A stretch of 64,000 nucleotides of DNA. Source: Bacteroidales bacterium (lineage in GTDB: Bacteria; Bacteroidota; Bacteroidia; Bacteroidales; UBA3663). The translations under genes were made by a program, and so were the position numbers. The notes beneath the pieces are model-generated. The model was not told the DNA's origin, did not search any database, and was given only the letters and a program-made list of their open reading frames with translations. Location: assembly GCA_017519885.1 (NCBI GenBank), contig JAFWRO010000007.1:39815-103814 (forward strand), in the 5' to 3' direction. Numbering within the stretch: the first letter of the stretch is position 1; every line of letters starts with the position of its first letter. Positions 10,331 to 20,656 of this stretch are shown one piece after another.

Positions 10331-12460
10331 TTACTTGATGAGGTCAGCGCGACCGCCGCACTCCTCGAGTACCTTGCGGGCATTGCCCTTATCAACCTCG
10401 GCATAGTGGTGGAACTCCATGGTAGAGCTTGCACGACCGGAAGTGATGGTACGAAGGTCTGTTACATAACCGAACATCTCGGCGAGCGGAACGAAAGCCT
10501 TCACGAGGCGTGCACCCGAACGTGTGCTGTCCATACCCTCTACCTGACCACGGCGCTTGTTGAGGTCGGAGATAACGTCGCCCATCGACTCCTCAGGAGT
10601 AACCACCTCAACCTTCATGATAGGCTCAAGCAGGATAGGCTGTGCCTTCTCGCAGCATGCCTTGAAGGCGAAGTTGGCAGCGAGTTCGAACGAAAGCTGA
10701 TCAGAGTCAACTGGATGGAAGCTACCATCCTCGAGGGTGACCTTCATCGAGTCAACTGGGAAGCCAGCCAAAACGCCTGACTTCATGGCTGCGGCGAAGC
10801 CCTTCTGTACCGATGGAATATATTCTGCAGGCACATTACCACCCTTGACGATGCTCTCGAACTGAAGTCCGGTAACGCCCTCGTCAGCTGGGCCAACGGT
10901 AACGATGATGTCTGCGAACTTACCACGGCCACCCGACTGCTTCTTGTAAACCTCGCGGTGACGGGTAACAACACCCTTGATGGACTCCTTGTACGAAACC
11001 TGAGGACGACCCTGGTTGCACTCAACCTTGAACTCACGCTTCAGACGATCGATGATGATGTCGAGGTGAAGCTCACCCATACCCGAGATAACGGTCTGAC
11101 CCGTATCCTCATTGGTCTTGACGGTGAAGGTTGGATCCTCCTCGGCGAGCTTGGCGAGGCCAATGCCGAGTTTGTCAAGGTCCTTCTGCGACTTGGGCTC
11201 AACTGCGATACCGATCACTGGATCGGGGAACTCCATCGACTCAAGCACTACAGGATTGTTCTCATCGCAAAGGGTATCACCCGTGCGGATATCCTTGAAG
11301 CCTACACCTGCACCGATGTCACCGCAACCGATCTCCTCCATTGGATTCTGGTGATTGGAGTGCATCTGGAACAGACGGCTGATACGCTCGCGCTTGCCCG
11401 AACGTGGGTTGTAAACGTAAGAGCCAGCCTCAATGGTGCCCGAATATACGCGGAAGTAGCAGAGACGACCTACATATGGATCGGTAGCGATCTTGAATGC
11501 GAGGGCCGACATTGGCTCGTCGTAGCTTGGATGACGCTGAATCTCCTTCTCGGAATCCTTGGGATCGTGACCGATGATAGCGGGGGTATCCACTGGAGAG
11601 GGGAGGTAGCGAACCACAGCATCGAGAAGTGGCTGTACGCCCTTGTTCTTGAACGAAGAACCGCAGAGTACTGGGAACACCTCCTGTGCGAGGGTCATCT
11701 TGCGGAGAGTGGTATAAACCTCCTCCTTGGTGATGGTCGAAGGATCGTCGAAGTATTTCTCCATGAGAGCGTCGTCAAAGTTGGCGACCTGCTCCAGGAT
11801 CTTGTCGCGATACTCCTGAGCCTCGGCAACGAGGTCAGCAGGAATCTCTTCGATCTCATATTCAGCACCCATGGTCTCATCGTGCCAGTAGATGGCCTTC
11901 ATCTCGATCAGGTCGATGATACCCTTGAAGGTCTCCTCCGAGCCGATAGGCAACTGGATAGCCAGGGCATTGGCACCGAGCATAGCGTGCATCTGATCCA
12001 CTACATCAAGGAAGTTGGCGCCCGAACGGTCCATCTTGTTGACGTAAGCGATACGAGGAACGTTGTACTTCTCAGCCTGACGCCATACGGTCTCCGACTG
12101 TGGCTCAACGCCGCCTACAGCGCAGTAGGTTGCAACGGCGCCATCAAGGATACGGAGCGAACGCTCTACCTCGACGGTGAAGTCCACGTGGCCTGGAGTG
12201 TCAATCAGGTTGAACTTATATTTCTCACCCTGAAAGTTCCAGTAAGCGGTAGTGGCAGCTGAGGTGATTGTGATACCGCGCTCCTGCTCCTGGGCCATCC
12301 AGTCCATGGTAGCAGAACCGTCGTGAGTCTCACCAATCTTGTGAGTCTTGCCAGTGTAAAAAAGGATGCGCTCTGAAGTAGTTGTCTTACCGGCATCGAT
12401 GTGGGCCATGATACCGAAGTTACGCGTGTACTTCAATGCTGCGTCTTTTGGATTTGCCAT
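10331..12460 (-). CDS. fusA: Translation elongation factor G
   Basis: 709 aa, with [33 protein letters not shown] and NKMDR GTPase motifs. It lies between rpsG and rpsJ. Confidence 0.98.
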   Translation of the reverse strand: MANPKDAALKYTRNFGIMAHIDAGKTTTSERILFYTGKTHKIGETHDGSATMDWMAQEQERGITITSAATTAYWNFQGEKYKFNLIDTPGHVDFTVEVERSLRILDGAVATYCAVGGVEPQSETVWRQAEKYNVPRIAYVNKMDRSGANFLDVVDQMHAMLGANALAIQLPIGSEETFKGIIDLIEMKAIYWHDETMGAEYEIEEIPADLVAEAQEYRDKILEQVANFDDALMEKYFDDPSTITKEEVYTTLRKMTLAQEVFPVLCGSSFKNKGVQPLLDAVVRYLPSPVDTPAIIGHDPKDSEKEIQRHPSYDEPMSALAFKIATDPYVGRLCYFRVYSGTIEAGSYVYNPRSGKRERISRLFQMHSNHQNPMEEIGCGDIGAGVGFKDIRTGDTLCDENNPVVLESMEFPDPVIGIAVEPKSQKDLDKLGIGLAKLAEEDPTFTVKTNEDTGQTVISGMGELHLDIIIDRLKREFKVECNQGRPQVSYKESIKGVVTRHREVYKKQSGGRGKFADIIVTVGPADEGVTGLQFESIVKGGNVPAEYIPSVQKGFAAAMKSGVLAGFPVDSMKVTLEDGSFHPVDSDQLSFELAANFAFKACCEKAQPILLEPIMKVEVVTPEESMGDVISDLNKRRGQVEGMDSTRSGARLVKAFVPLAEMFGYVTDLRTITSGRASSTMEFHHYAEVDKGNARKVLEECGGRADLIK

Positions 12461-12490
12461 ATTATATTAAATAATGTGTGAAGACTCAGA

Positions 12491-12970
12491 TTAGAACTTG
12501 AAGTGAGCGAATGCACGGTTGGCCTCGGCCATCTTGTGCATATCCTCCTTTCGCTTGAATGCACCGCCCTGCTCATTGTAGGCGTCCATGATCTCGGCAG
12601 CGAGCTTGTCAGCCATGGTCTTACCACCACGCTTGCGGCTGTAGATGATCATGTTCTTCATCGAGATAGACTCCTTACGGTCGGGACGAATCTCGGTAGG
12701 AACCTGATAGGTGGCACCACCAATACGGGTTGACTTAACCTCGACGAGTGGGGTGATGTTGTCGAGAGCCTTCTTCCACACCTCGAGGGCACTGATACCC
12801 TCCTTCTCGGCCAACTTCTTGCCGACGATATCCATGGCGGTGTAGAAAATAGTGAACGCAATGCTCTTCTTGCCATCGTACATCAGATGGTTTACGAACT
12901 TGGTTACTTTAACTTCGCTGAAGACAGGATCCGGAAGGATAACTCTCTTCTTCGGCTTTGCTTTTCTCAT
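12491..12970 (-). CDS. rpsG: 30S ribosomal protein S7
   Basis: 159 aa, with [17 protein letters not shown]...[13 protein letters not shown]. Confidence 0.97.
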   Translation of the reverse strand: MRKAKPKKRVILPDPVFSEVKVTKFVNHLMYDGKKSIAFTIFYTAMDIVGKKLAEKEGISALEVWKKALDNITPLVEVKSTRIGGATYQVPTEIRPDRKESISMKNMIIYSRKRGGKTMADKLAAEIMDAYNEQGGAFKRKEDMHKMAEANRAFAHFKF

Positions 12971-13136
12971 TTTGTTTTGAAATGTTTAATGTTTGGTTGT
13001 TTCTCTTGGGGGAATCTTCATCCGCGCCTATCACGCTTGGTCCATCACTGGGTTTATGCGGGCCGGATTACTCAACCTTTAAGAGCCTTTACCAACTTGT
13101 GTAAAAGGTTTGAAACTTGTTTTCTCTCTGCGAAGA

Positions 13137-13532
13137 TTACTTCTTCTTTGGAGCTGCACCAGCCTTAGGACGCTTTGCACCGTACTTTGAACGACGCTGA
13201 GTGCGACCATTTACGCCGGCGGTATCCAACGTGCCGCGCACAATGTGATAACGTACACCTGGAAGGTCCTTCACACGACCGCCACGTACCATGACGATTG
13301 AGTGCTCCTGAAGGTTGTGACCCTCGCCCGGAATGTAGGCATTAACTTCCTTGCCGTTAGTCAAACGTACACGTGCCACCTTACGCATAGCAGAATTAGG
13401 TTTCTTAGGAGTTGTGGTGTAAACACGAGTACAAACGCCACGACGCTGTGGGCATGATGCCAGGGCCGGTGACTTGCTCTTGTCTTCCAGAACTACGCGA
13501 CCTTTTCTTACTAACTGTTGAATAGTAGGCAT
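13137..13532 (-). CDS. rpsL: 30S ribosomal protein S12
   Basis: 131 aa, with [12 protein letters not shown]...[17 protein letters not shown]. Confidence 0.98.
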   Translation of the reverse strand: MPTIQQLVRKGRVVLEDKSKSPALASCPQRRGVCTRVYTTTPKKPNSAMRKVARVRLTNGKEVNAYIPGEGHNLQEHSIVMVRGGRVKDLPGVRYHIVRGTLDTAGVNGRTQRRSKYGAKRPKAGAAPKKK

Positions 13533-13630
13533 TTTGTTTTTACTTTTAGACGATAATTTGTTTGTTTAACTCTCATGCAAAATCATTTCACCTCGGGCTC
13601 TCTTCGCCCTCGCGTGCGATTTAGCGGGTG

Positions 13631-13638
13631 CAAAGATA
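13631..13638 (-). promoter_or_regulatory. Bacteroidota sigma-A type -7 box (TATCTTTG, followed by CA) upstream of rpsL
   Basis: The minus strand reads TCTATCTTTGCACCC about 95 nt upstream of the rpsL ATG. This matches the TAnnTTTG -7 consensus described for Bacteroides promoters. Confidence 0.6.
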
Positions 13639-13975
13639 GAAAATATTTCTCAAACTACAATGGATTGCGCATCAATTTCTTTAAAACTTTTTCACTTTTC
13701 GCCACATTCGGCATATCCACATGGCATTTTTCGAGGGTCAAAGTGTAAAAATGTAGAATTCAAAGATGCGCTAACTCGTTCAATTTGAATTTAAAAGACC
13801 CGCTCTCCCATCCTACATCGCATTCGTTTTCCATAGTTCCACAATGCCGTTACTTCAACCAATTTTCAATCAAAATGACAAGCAAAAACAACGCAAAATA
13901 GCCCCCAAAATGATGTTCGCCTCTTGTTTCCTGCAGTTTTTTGCATCAAAAGTTGCAAGCAAAAGTAATTATTCA

Positions 13976-13983
13976 TATATTTG
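13976..13983 (+). promoter_or_regulatory. -7 box TATATTTG(CA) for the 14014 gene
   Basis: CATATATTTGCACACG lies about 30 nt upstream of the ATG at 14014. Confidence 0.6.
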
Positions 13984-14013
13984 CACACGAAACATAAAAA
14001 AACGACTACCGAT

Positions 14014-14784
14014 ATGAAGAAAGCCTTTTTCACCATGCTCGTTTTGTTCGCCGGAACATCTGTCCTTTCGGCCCAGAACGTCATCACCACTCCTGTCGAT
14101 AGCGACCTGTTCCCCACCGTAGGCAACATGTTCGATTTCTCGCCGAAGGCCATTCAGGCGTTCAAGGACAGAGAAGCGAAATATGCCCAGGTCCTGAAGG
14201 ATTACGAAGCTGGAAGGGCTACGCAGGAGCAGCTTGAGGCCGCAGAATACGACGATACCTTCGCCGATGTCTACGACATCCTCGGAGGCGGATGCAGCTT
14301 CTATTGCGGATGCCAGTACGACACGGTCATCTGCTCGTCATTCCTTCCGCCCCAAGGCAGTCGCACCTACGAAGCCTACGAAGCCGCCGACCTTTCCTAC
14401 GAAACTGCTTGGGTGGAAGGCAAGGCAGGCAACGGAATCGGCGAATGGATCGAATATCAGTTCCCCGCCAACAATCCACGCATCACCACCATCATTGTCT
14501 GCACCGGATATATCCGCACCCGTAAAGCATGGGAGGAGAACGGCCGTGTCAAGAAGTTGGAGGTCAGCGTCAACGGCAAGAAACTCACCACTTTGCATCT
14601 CGACGACATCTATGCCGAGCAGACCTTCGACGTGGGTGAGATAGGCTGGTCTCGCGAAGAGGGCACCGACCCCGGCACCGACCCGATCAAGATACGCTTC
14701 ACCATCGTCGATGTCTATCCCGGAACAAAGTATTCCGACACCGCCATTTCCGAAATCTATTTCGATGGCATCGATGTCCATTGA
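14014..14784 (+). CDS. Secreted protein with a C-terminal discoidin/NADase-type glycan-binding-like domain (hypothetical)
   Basis: ORF 13981..14784, trimmed to MKKAFFTMLVLFAGTSVLSAQ (signal peptide). The pattern W.EG..GNGIGEWIEYQF...ENGRVKKLEV...VYPGTKYSDTAISEIYFDG resembles F5/8-type-C-like glycan-binding domains. Confidence 0.6.
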   Translation: MKKAFFTMLVLFAGTSVLSAQNVITTPVDSDLFPTVGNMFDFSPKAIQAFKDREAKYAQVLKDYEAGRATQEQLEAAEYDDTFADVYDILGGGCSFYCGCQYDTVICSSFLPPQGSRTYEAYEAADLSYETAWVEGKAGNGIGEWIEYQFPANNPRITTIIVCTGYIRTRKAWEENGRVKKLEVSVNGKKLTTLHLDDIYAEQTFDVGEIGWSREEGTDPGTDPIKIRFTIVDVYPGTKYSDTAISEIYFDGIDVH

Positions 14785-14870
14785 TACTATCTTTACGCTG
14801 GCGCGTGCGTGTTTAAAATAGGACGCGCACATACGACGCGCACACGCATAAAACCCTCAAAAATAAAACA

Positions 14871-14901
14871 CGCCCCGGCATTCCATCGGAACACCGGGGC
14901 G
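14871..14901. terminator. GC-rich hairpin between convergent genes (probable bidirectional terminator)
   Basis: CGCCCCGG-15 nt-CCGGGGCG, A-rich upstream and TTACTTTC downstream. It sits between the 3' ends of the 14014..14784 (+) and 14959..15357 (-) genes. Confidence 0.6.
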
Positions 14902-14958
14902 TTACTTTCAAAAACCTATCTATTAATGATTGTAAGTTAATAACACATACACACACAA

Positions 14959-15357
14959 TTACTTGCTGGCAAGACCCTCCTCTTTGAGCAGGTTGTCCAG
15001 GCCCTTGTTCCTCAGCGAGTTGTTCATCAGAGCAAGGTACTTGCGATACTGAACTTCGTCAAGGTACTTGTGAGCGAAAGCAAGGTTGATATTCAGGGCT
15101 TTCTGCATACGAGCGCCGCGCTTCTCTACCTTGGTACGCTCCAGACGCTTCACCGAATAGCCGAAGTTATCCGATGCATATCCCATCACATCCATCTGAT
15201 CCGCAGAAAGGTTCAGATAACGTGACAAAGAACGCATGTTAATATTGAAATCGTAGTTTATAGGAGTTACATTGTTTACAGTATCAAGTTTCTCCTGGGC
15301 ATTTATATTTGCAGCGGCCATCATGATGGCTGCGACTGCGATAATCATCTTTTTCAT
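14959..15357 (-). CDS. Hypothetical secreted protein
   Basis: 132 aa with signal peptide MKKMIIAVAAIMMAAANINAQ. No recognisable domain. Confidence 0.65.
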   Translation of the reverse strand: MKKMIIAVAAIMMAAANINAQEKLDTVNNVTPINYDFNINMRSLSRYLNLSADQMDVMGYASDNFGYSVKRLERTKVEKRGARMQKALNINLAFAHKYLDEVQYRKYLALMNNSLRNKGLDNLLKEEGLASK

Positions 15358-15769
15358 AATTAAATTTTTAATACCTTAAATAAATTAAACAATAAAAGTT
15401 AATAATACAAATCAATTAAAATACAATTGATAAAAACAACCAAGCAAGCAGCAAGTACACTGCCATGGTAGCACCCATTGAAATAAAAAGTTTTTTCATA
15501 CCTTAAATTGTTTTTTAAAATTGTTAAAAATACTAAGCAATTAATAAACGCGATAAAAGTAGTTTGTAGTCTCTTTTGTCTTTTTGTTTTTGTTTTGTCT
15601 TTGTAGTTTCTTTGTTTTTGACGCTGCAAAGGTACGGGGTTTTTCGTTTACTCAATCAAAAAAGGGCCAAAATCGTGCAATCGGTTGCTCTCGGAGCCTC
15701 GTTTTGGGCATTTTTGATAATTGTGACTGGCAAATAAAAGGTCTAAAAATAGAAAAACGAACGCAAAAT

Positions 15770-15804
15770 GCCCTCATCCGAAACAAAAAGTTCGTGATGA
15801 GGGC
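15770..15804 (-). terminator. Hairpin downstream of the GH115-like/GH28/esterase operon
   Basis: GCCCTCATC-17 nt-GATGAGGGC (9-bp stem), 25 nt after the stop at 15829. On the minus strand it is followed by ATTTTGCGTTCGTTTTT. Confidence 0.55.
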
Positions 15805-15828
15805 CATATATTAATAATGTGTTACCAA

Positions 15829-18159
15829 CTAACGCACGCAAATCTGGTCCAGGACGATACCTTCATAAGGCGTTTTGAGCCTCAAAATCTGCTTTTTCCC
15901 GCGTTTGCAGGGCAATTTGACGCACTTCACAGCCTGGTTACGGAGCACATTTTGCTTCCATTCCTCACTTCGACCCACAGTGCGGTAATCTACCGAACAG
16001 TATTCTTTCGCATCGAGCGACACTTCGACTGCGAGGTGTTCATCATCGACGGGATGCGTGGGCAGCAAATGGAGTTCCACGGTCAAAGAATCGGCATCCT
16101 TGGGCGCTGTGAACGTATAGGTCACCTCCTCGTTGGGCAGAAGCAGGATGGCTTTCCCTGCATAGCCCAGCCCCTCACAAGGCGCATAGCGTCCTTTGGC
16201 ATCGGTTCCCTCCCATTGGGCAATAGAGTTTGCCTCTTCAGGCCACGGTTCGTCCACCTGGGTATGCTCCACAGGCTCGAAGACGCTCAGTTTACGCGGT
16301 TTGTAGTCCATGATGCGGTTCCATTTGCCGTTGTTGTGGATTCCCTCGTTGTAGATTTGCGTCAGATGCACGATGCTGTCGAAGGCGGCATCGCTCCGCT
16401 CCCACTCCATCAGGCCGTGTCGTGCATATTGGGCAAAGAGCAATTTGCGATTCATCTGGTCAGCAGCCTGCACAGGATATTTCACCAGTTGGAAATAAGC
16501 GTCCTTCCTATCCTCGGGGATACGCTTGTCAATCGCCTCGGCATTGTCCGAAAGGCGCTGATAGTCTTTGAGGCGCTGCTTGACGTAGTTTTTGCTCCAT
16601 GGCAGGTCGCGAACTGTGCCCCAATATCGTTTGTCAGCCTCCTCGGTGCGTGTACCGCCCAGGAACTCGGGTTTACGCACAAAAGCCAGTCTGAACGATT
16701 CATCCATCATCGCCTGGAGGTCTTTCGATAGTTCTTTGCCGAATTCACGGGCATAGAACTGTCGCGCGTGCTCCATCACGCCCATCTTGTTCACCTTGTC
16801 GATGTCCCAAGCCATGTCCATGAAAAGTTCTATCTGATACTCTGCCGGCTTGATGTCGCCCACGTTGAGGATCCAGATCTTCTTAATGCCCTTGTCATAG
16901 GCCAGCTTCATCTGCTGGTAAAGCAAGGCTGGGCTGAACGTGCCGAGCCAAAGATAATCGTGCGGACGCCCCCAATAGGAAACATGGTAATAGATGCCAT
17001 TGCCTCCCTGTCGTGCAGCCTCAGCCTCGGTGGGGAAATGTCGGATATATCCATAATTGTCGTCACACCACATCAGGCAGACGTCCTCTGGCACTTCCAG
17101 GCCCGCGTGGTAGATGTCGAGCACCTCCTTATATGGGATGAAGACCTGTGGCACCTGAGTTACATCTTCGTTGACGTATTGTTTCAAGAGTTGACGCTGG
17201 TCAGCAATAGCTCGCTTGAGCACAGCCTTCTGTTCCTCTACTCCTTTGGCTCCAAGCATACCGCTGTCATGCACGCCACGCATACCGATGGTATAGAGTA
17301 TCTCCTGACCTGCGACCTCCTTCATACGGTCTTCCCAAAAGCGATAGACCTCAGCCGAATTGTTCACATAGTCATAATCTCCCACACCACGGCGAGGCCA
17401 TTCTCCTGCTGGGCTGGTGGCCATAGGCTCGCAATGACTACCTCCCATATAGATGCCATAGCGGGCAGCCGCCTCACGGTTGCCAGGTACGAGGAAGAAA
17501 GGTACCGTGACTTCATGCATGGCGGGCCAGATGGTATTGGCACGCAGACGAAGCAGCAGTTCGAAGACCTTTGCGTAGGTCTTCGGTCCTATTTGTCCCG
17601 CCACGTCTGTCGGTTCATAGTTTTGCGAACTCCAAGGCATCAGTCCCCAATCCTCATCGTTGATGAAGATGCCACGGAAAGGCACGTCTGGTTTCTGGTC
17701 AATCGTTGTACCTTCGGCGACGCGCAGTTCTTTCTGCTTGCGTGCAGTTGCATCTGCCCACCATTCCCAAGGAGAGACACCCAGCAAGCGCGACACCTCC
17801 AACAGGCCATAGGCCATACCATGTGCATCTGAGGCGTTGAGAGTCAGGTTTCCATCTTTGGCTTCCAGACGGAAATGTTCCCAACCTTCGAGCGTATCGT
17901 TGCCCATCAAGATGACGTGTCCCTTCGCAGCAGCGCTGTCAAGGGTGGCAGCGATATGCAGTTCTGCATCGAGCACCGTGGCAAAATCATATGCAAGTAA
18001 TTCCAAAGCCGTTTTCACCACAGGCGCAACGCCAGCCGTATCACATTGGATATAGATGGGATCGCCCTGCTTCGCTACGAAGTCCTGTTGTGACCCATTG
18101 CCGCAGCCCGTCAGCAAACCGATTGCCGTAAGCGACAAAAATAGAAATGAATGCTTCAT
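15829..18159 (-). CDS. Glycoside hydrolase, GH115-like (alpha-glucuronidase family), lipoprotein
   Basis: 776 aa with lipoprotein signal LLTGCGNG. FRGIFINDEDWGLMPW and GPKTYAKVFELLLRLRANTIWPAMH...GGSHCEPM match my recollection of GH115 conserved blocks. Confidence 0.7.
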   Translation of the reverse strand: MKHSFLFLSLTAIGLLTGCGNGSQQDFVAKQGDPIYIQCDTAGVAPVVKTALELLAYDFATVLDAELHIAATLDSAAAKGHVILMGNDTLEGWEHFRLEAKDGNLTLNASDAHGMAYGLLEVSRLLGVSPWEWWADATARKQKELRVAEGTTIDQKPDVPFRGIFINDEDWGLMPWSSQNYEPTDVAGQIGPKTYAKVFELLLRLRANTIWPAMHEVTVPFFLVPGNREAAARYGIYMGGSHCEPMATSPAGEWPRRGVGDYDYVNNSAEVYRFWEDRMKEVAGQEILYTIGMRGVHDSGMLGAKGVEEQKAVLKRAIADQRQLLKQYVNEDVTQVPQVFIPYKEVLDIYHAGLEVPEDVCLMWCDDNYGYIRHFPTEAEAARQGGNGIYYHVSYWGRPHDYLWLGTFSPALLYQQMKLAYDKGIKKIWILNVGDIKPAEYQIELFMDMAWDIDKVNKMGVMEHARQFYAREFGKELSKDLQAMMDESFRLAFVRKPEFLGGTRTEEADKRYWGTVRDLPWSKNYVKQRLKDYQRLSDNAEAIDKRIPEDRKDAYFQLVKYPVQAADQMNRKLLFAQYARHGLMEWERSDAAFDSIVHLTQIYNEGIHNNGKWNRIMDYKPRKLSVFEPVEHTQVDEPWPEEANSIAQWEGTDAKGRYAPCEGLGYAGKAILLLPNEEVTYTFTAPKDADSLTVELHLLPTHPVDDEHLAVEVSLDAKEYCSVDYRTVGRSEEWKQNVLRNQAVKCVKLPCKRGKKQILRLKTPYEGIVLDQICVR

Positions 18160-18171
18160 TGTTGTGTGTTA

Positions 18172-19560
18172 TCAATATGTTTTTCTCAAAATGCCATCTC
18201 TCGAAGTGACAAAGTCTGCATTCTTGATCGTGACATTCTCCACATTATTTATATTAGTAGCATATTTGGTCACCAGTTCCACCTTGAGGTTCTCGATCGC
18301 CACATTGCGGATAGGCAGGTGTTCGTCACCGTTCAGGTCGATGGCAATGCCTACCGAGTCGCATTCCAGATCCCTGATGTGCAGGCCGTCAATCTCGGTA
18401 TAGACCGTATCATAATCGGGCAGTTTACGCCATTGGTAGAGCACGTCGGTATCGACAGCCACCAGTCGTTGAGCCGAACGCACCTGAGCTCGCTCCATGT
18501 AGATGTTCTTCACGAAACCACCACGTCGGTGATTGGTCTTCACGTAAAACACGGCCTTCACATCGCCTACGGCCCTGCAATCGTGCATCCAAACGTTCCG
18601 CACGCCTCCCGACATTTCCGAACCGATGCCGAGCAGTACATGTCCATCTTCCACCACGCAGTTCCTTACCACAATGTTCTCAGTGGGCTTGTTCAGCCGC
18701 CAAGCGTCCTGGTTACGACCTGCCTTGATCACCACAGCGTCATCACCCTGGTTGAAGTGGCAGTTCTCGACCAACAGATTGCTTGTCATGTCGATGTCGA
18801 TGCCGTCGTTGTTGTGGCCATGGGCATAAACATCGAGGCCACGCACCACGCCCTCATTGCACATATAGAGATGGATGGTCCAGAATGGGCTTTCGCGAAT
18901 CTTGAAGTCCTCAAGCACGATGTTCTTGCAGCGATTGAACTGTATCAGATGGGGCCGCATGTTGCTCTCTGGCAGATCCGTCAGCCGACGTTCTTCCACA
19001 GGAGTCAGTTCCGAGCACCAGCGATAAAGTTCACGCGTGGCATCCTGATGAGCCTGTGGTCGTTTGAACCACACCTTCCACAAGTCCATCTTCGGTGCCA
19101 ACGTTCCTGTGCCCGAAATCTTGATGTTCTTGCATTCGAAAGCATAGATTAAAGGCGAGTAGTTGTAGCACTCCACACCCTCCCAAGTAGTGAAGACTGC
19201 GGGCAAATAATCTGCCGGATTATCCGTAAAGACCAACCGAGCCCCTTCTTCCAGATGCAGATCCACGTTATCCATCAGGTGAATCGGCCCTGTAATCCAC
19301 TCTCCCGCAGGCACAACAACGTGTCCACCACCCGCCTTGTTGCAGGCTTTGATGGCCTTGGCAATTGCCTTTGTGCTCACCGTCTTTCCATCCGCTTTGG
19401 CGCCAAACTTCTTGATGTTGAAGTCCTTCGTTGGATAGATGAACTCATGGATTGACGCCATTTCGAATGGAGCATCCTTAATCTCCACAATCTTATATTC
19501 CTGTGCCCAACATCCTACGCTCATCAATAATGCAACAGTCAATAATGCAATCTTTCTCAT
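18172..19560 (-). CDS. Glycoside hydrolase family 28 (polygalacturonase/rhamnogalacturonase-like)
   Basis: 462 aa with a signal peptide. It has the GH28 beta-helix motifs GHNNDGIDID, QGDDAVVIKAG and GIGSEMSGG. Confidence 0.85.
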   Translation of the reverse strand: MRKIALLTVALLMSVGCWAQEYKIVEIKDAPFEMASIHEFIYPTKDFNIKKFGAKADGKTVSTKAIAKAIKACNKAGGGHVVVPAGEWITGPIHLMDNVDLHLEEGARLVFTDNPADYLPAVFTTWEGVECYNYSPLIYAFECKNIKISGTGTLAPKMDLWKVWFKRPQAHQDATRELYRWCSELTPVEERRLTDLPESNMRPHLIQFNRCKNIVLEDFKIRESPFWTIHLYMCNEGVVRGLDVYAHGHNNDGIDIDMTSNLLVENCHFNQGDDAVVIKAGRNQDAWRLNKPTENIVVRNCVVEDGHVLLGIGSEMSGGVRNVWMHDCRAVGDVKAVFYVKTNHRRGGFVKNIYMERAQVRSAQRLVAVDTDVLYQWRKLPDYDTVYTEIDGLHIRDLECDSVGIAIDLNGDEHLPIRNVAIENLKVELVTKYATNINNVENVTIKNADFVTSRDGILRKTY

Positions 19561-19606
19561 AATGATTCTCTTTCCGCTTTTGTATATTAAAATAATGTGT
19601 GGGCTC

Positions 19607-20410
19607 TTATTTTAACATTGCCTCAGCATAACGCTTACCAAGTTCGATGGCAGCTTCACGGCTGAAATGAGGATCGCCAGGATTGTCGGGCATACGATAA
19701 TCCAATCCATTGCTCGTGACTTTTCGGCAATTAGGCACTTCGCGGGTTAGGCGGTCGAGGGTGCCGTGATTGAATGCATCGATCTTGGTCGAATCCTCCC
19801 ATGCCCATTGCCCAACTTCGCCCACTACGACAGGCACTTCGTCACCCACGCCCAGACCATTTCTAAGTGCAGCAATCATCTTCGAAAATCGCTCCACATA
19901 GATATCTCCAGCCGTTCCATTCGTGATGTCTGTCTCACCCTGGTGCCAAACAATGCCTTTCAACTTACCATACTGCAAGGCAGGGACAGCTCTCACCAGC
20001 GCCGAATCGAGATACGACACAAGGCTATCTCCACCCACCTGCCATGATTTGAGGGCACTGCCTCCACGCGCATTCTGCACCAGCAAAACCTTACGCCCCG
20101 TCTTCTGATAGATAGCGGGACCGAACCCCACACCGGGACCAATCAACTGCATGCTAATGTCTTTGCGGATGTTGCTGTAACGATTGAGTGGAGCGACAGC
20201 AGGTTCTGGAACAAGTTCGGCATTCAGCAACCAAACACCCTCGAGAACGTTCAACGTATCCTCGGGAAGAAAATAACCTCGTCCTGCACAATTTGACTGA
20301 CCAATAAGCAGATAGATGTCATAATCATCGTTGTCATTGCAAGCGCCGAATAGAATAGCACAAACTGCTGCACACAGGCAGAAGCTAACATTTTTTACAA
20401 GTCTTTTCAT
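19607..20410 (-). CDS. SASA-family (sialate O-acetylesterase-like, SGNH-type) carbohydrate esterase
   Basis: ORF 19607..20485, trimmed to MKRLVKNVSFCLCAAVCAILFGAC (lipoprotein signal). It has the GQSNCAGRG catalytic-serine block and a WHQGETD block. Confidence 0.75.
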   Translation of the reverse strand: MKRLVKNVSFCLCAAVCAILFGACNDNDDYDIYLLIGQSNCAGRGYFLPEDTLNVLEGVWLLNAELVPEPAVAPLNRYSNIRKDISMQLIGPGVGFGPAIYQKTGRKVLLVQNARGGSALKSWQVGGDSLVSYLDSALVRAVPALQYGKLKGIVWHQGETDITNGTAGDIYVERFSKMIAALRNGLGVGDEVPVVVGEVGQWAWEDSTKIDAFNHGTLDRLTREVPNCRKVTSNGLDYRMPDNPGDPHFSREAAIELGKRYAEAMLK

Positions 20411-20482
20411 AATGACAGTAGTGTTCCTATAAAAAGAAGAAGTCAAAAAGTAAATTAAGTATTTCTTGAAAATTATTTGCCG

Positions 20483-20490
20483 CAAAGGTA
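20483..20490 (-). promoter_or_regulatory. -7 box TACCTTTG(CG) upstream of the esterase/GH28/GH115-like operon
   Basis: The minus strand reads ATTACCTTTGCGGCAA about 70 nt upstream of the ATG at 20410. Confidence 0.5.
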
Positions 20491-20656
20491 ATTATTTTAT
20501 TTCAATCTGCCAAATTTTCTCCAAATTTTCCCTAAAAAACAAATAAAAACTGCGCAGGGGGAGGAATGTCCGCAGATTGTCCAATGCAGCCCACCCAAAA
20601 ATCTTAGTCCAACGAAATATGAAAGCCACCTTCATCCTCGGCTCAATTTCGAACAG

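Noticed and set aside
339-13168. Many ORFs of 60-430 aa on the plus strand across the ribosomal/fusA cluster (for example 563..940, 1338..1934, 3507..4052, 10958..12262).
   Set aside because: They lie antisense to, or are out-of-frame shadows of, unmistakable and highly conserved ribosomal protein and EF-G genes. Their compositions are biased (L/V/T-rich mirror frames), and none has a promoter box.
13866-14153. 95-aa minus-strand ORF overlapping the promoter and 5' end of the 14014 gene.
   Set aside because: It overlaps a consensus -7 box and the signal-peptide region of a better-supported gene on the other strand. No independent support.
15399-15629. A 76-aa K/R-rich ORF, and a hand-found 27-codon hydrophobic ORF (15416..15499, MKKLFISMGATMAVYLLLAWLFLSIVF), in the AT-rich spacer upstream of 14959..15357.
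   Set aside because: The 76-aa ORF is low-complexity and starts inside the -7 box at 15627-15634. The 27-aa peptide is plausible as a membrane micro-protein but cannot be supported from sequence alone.
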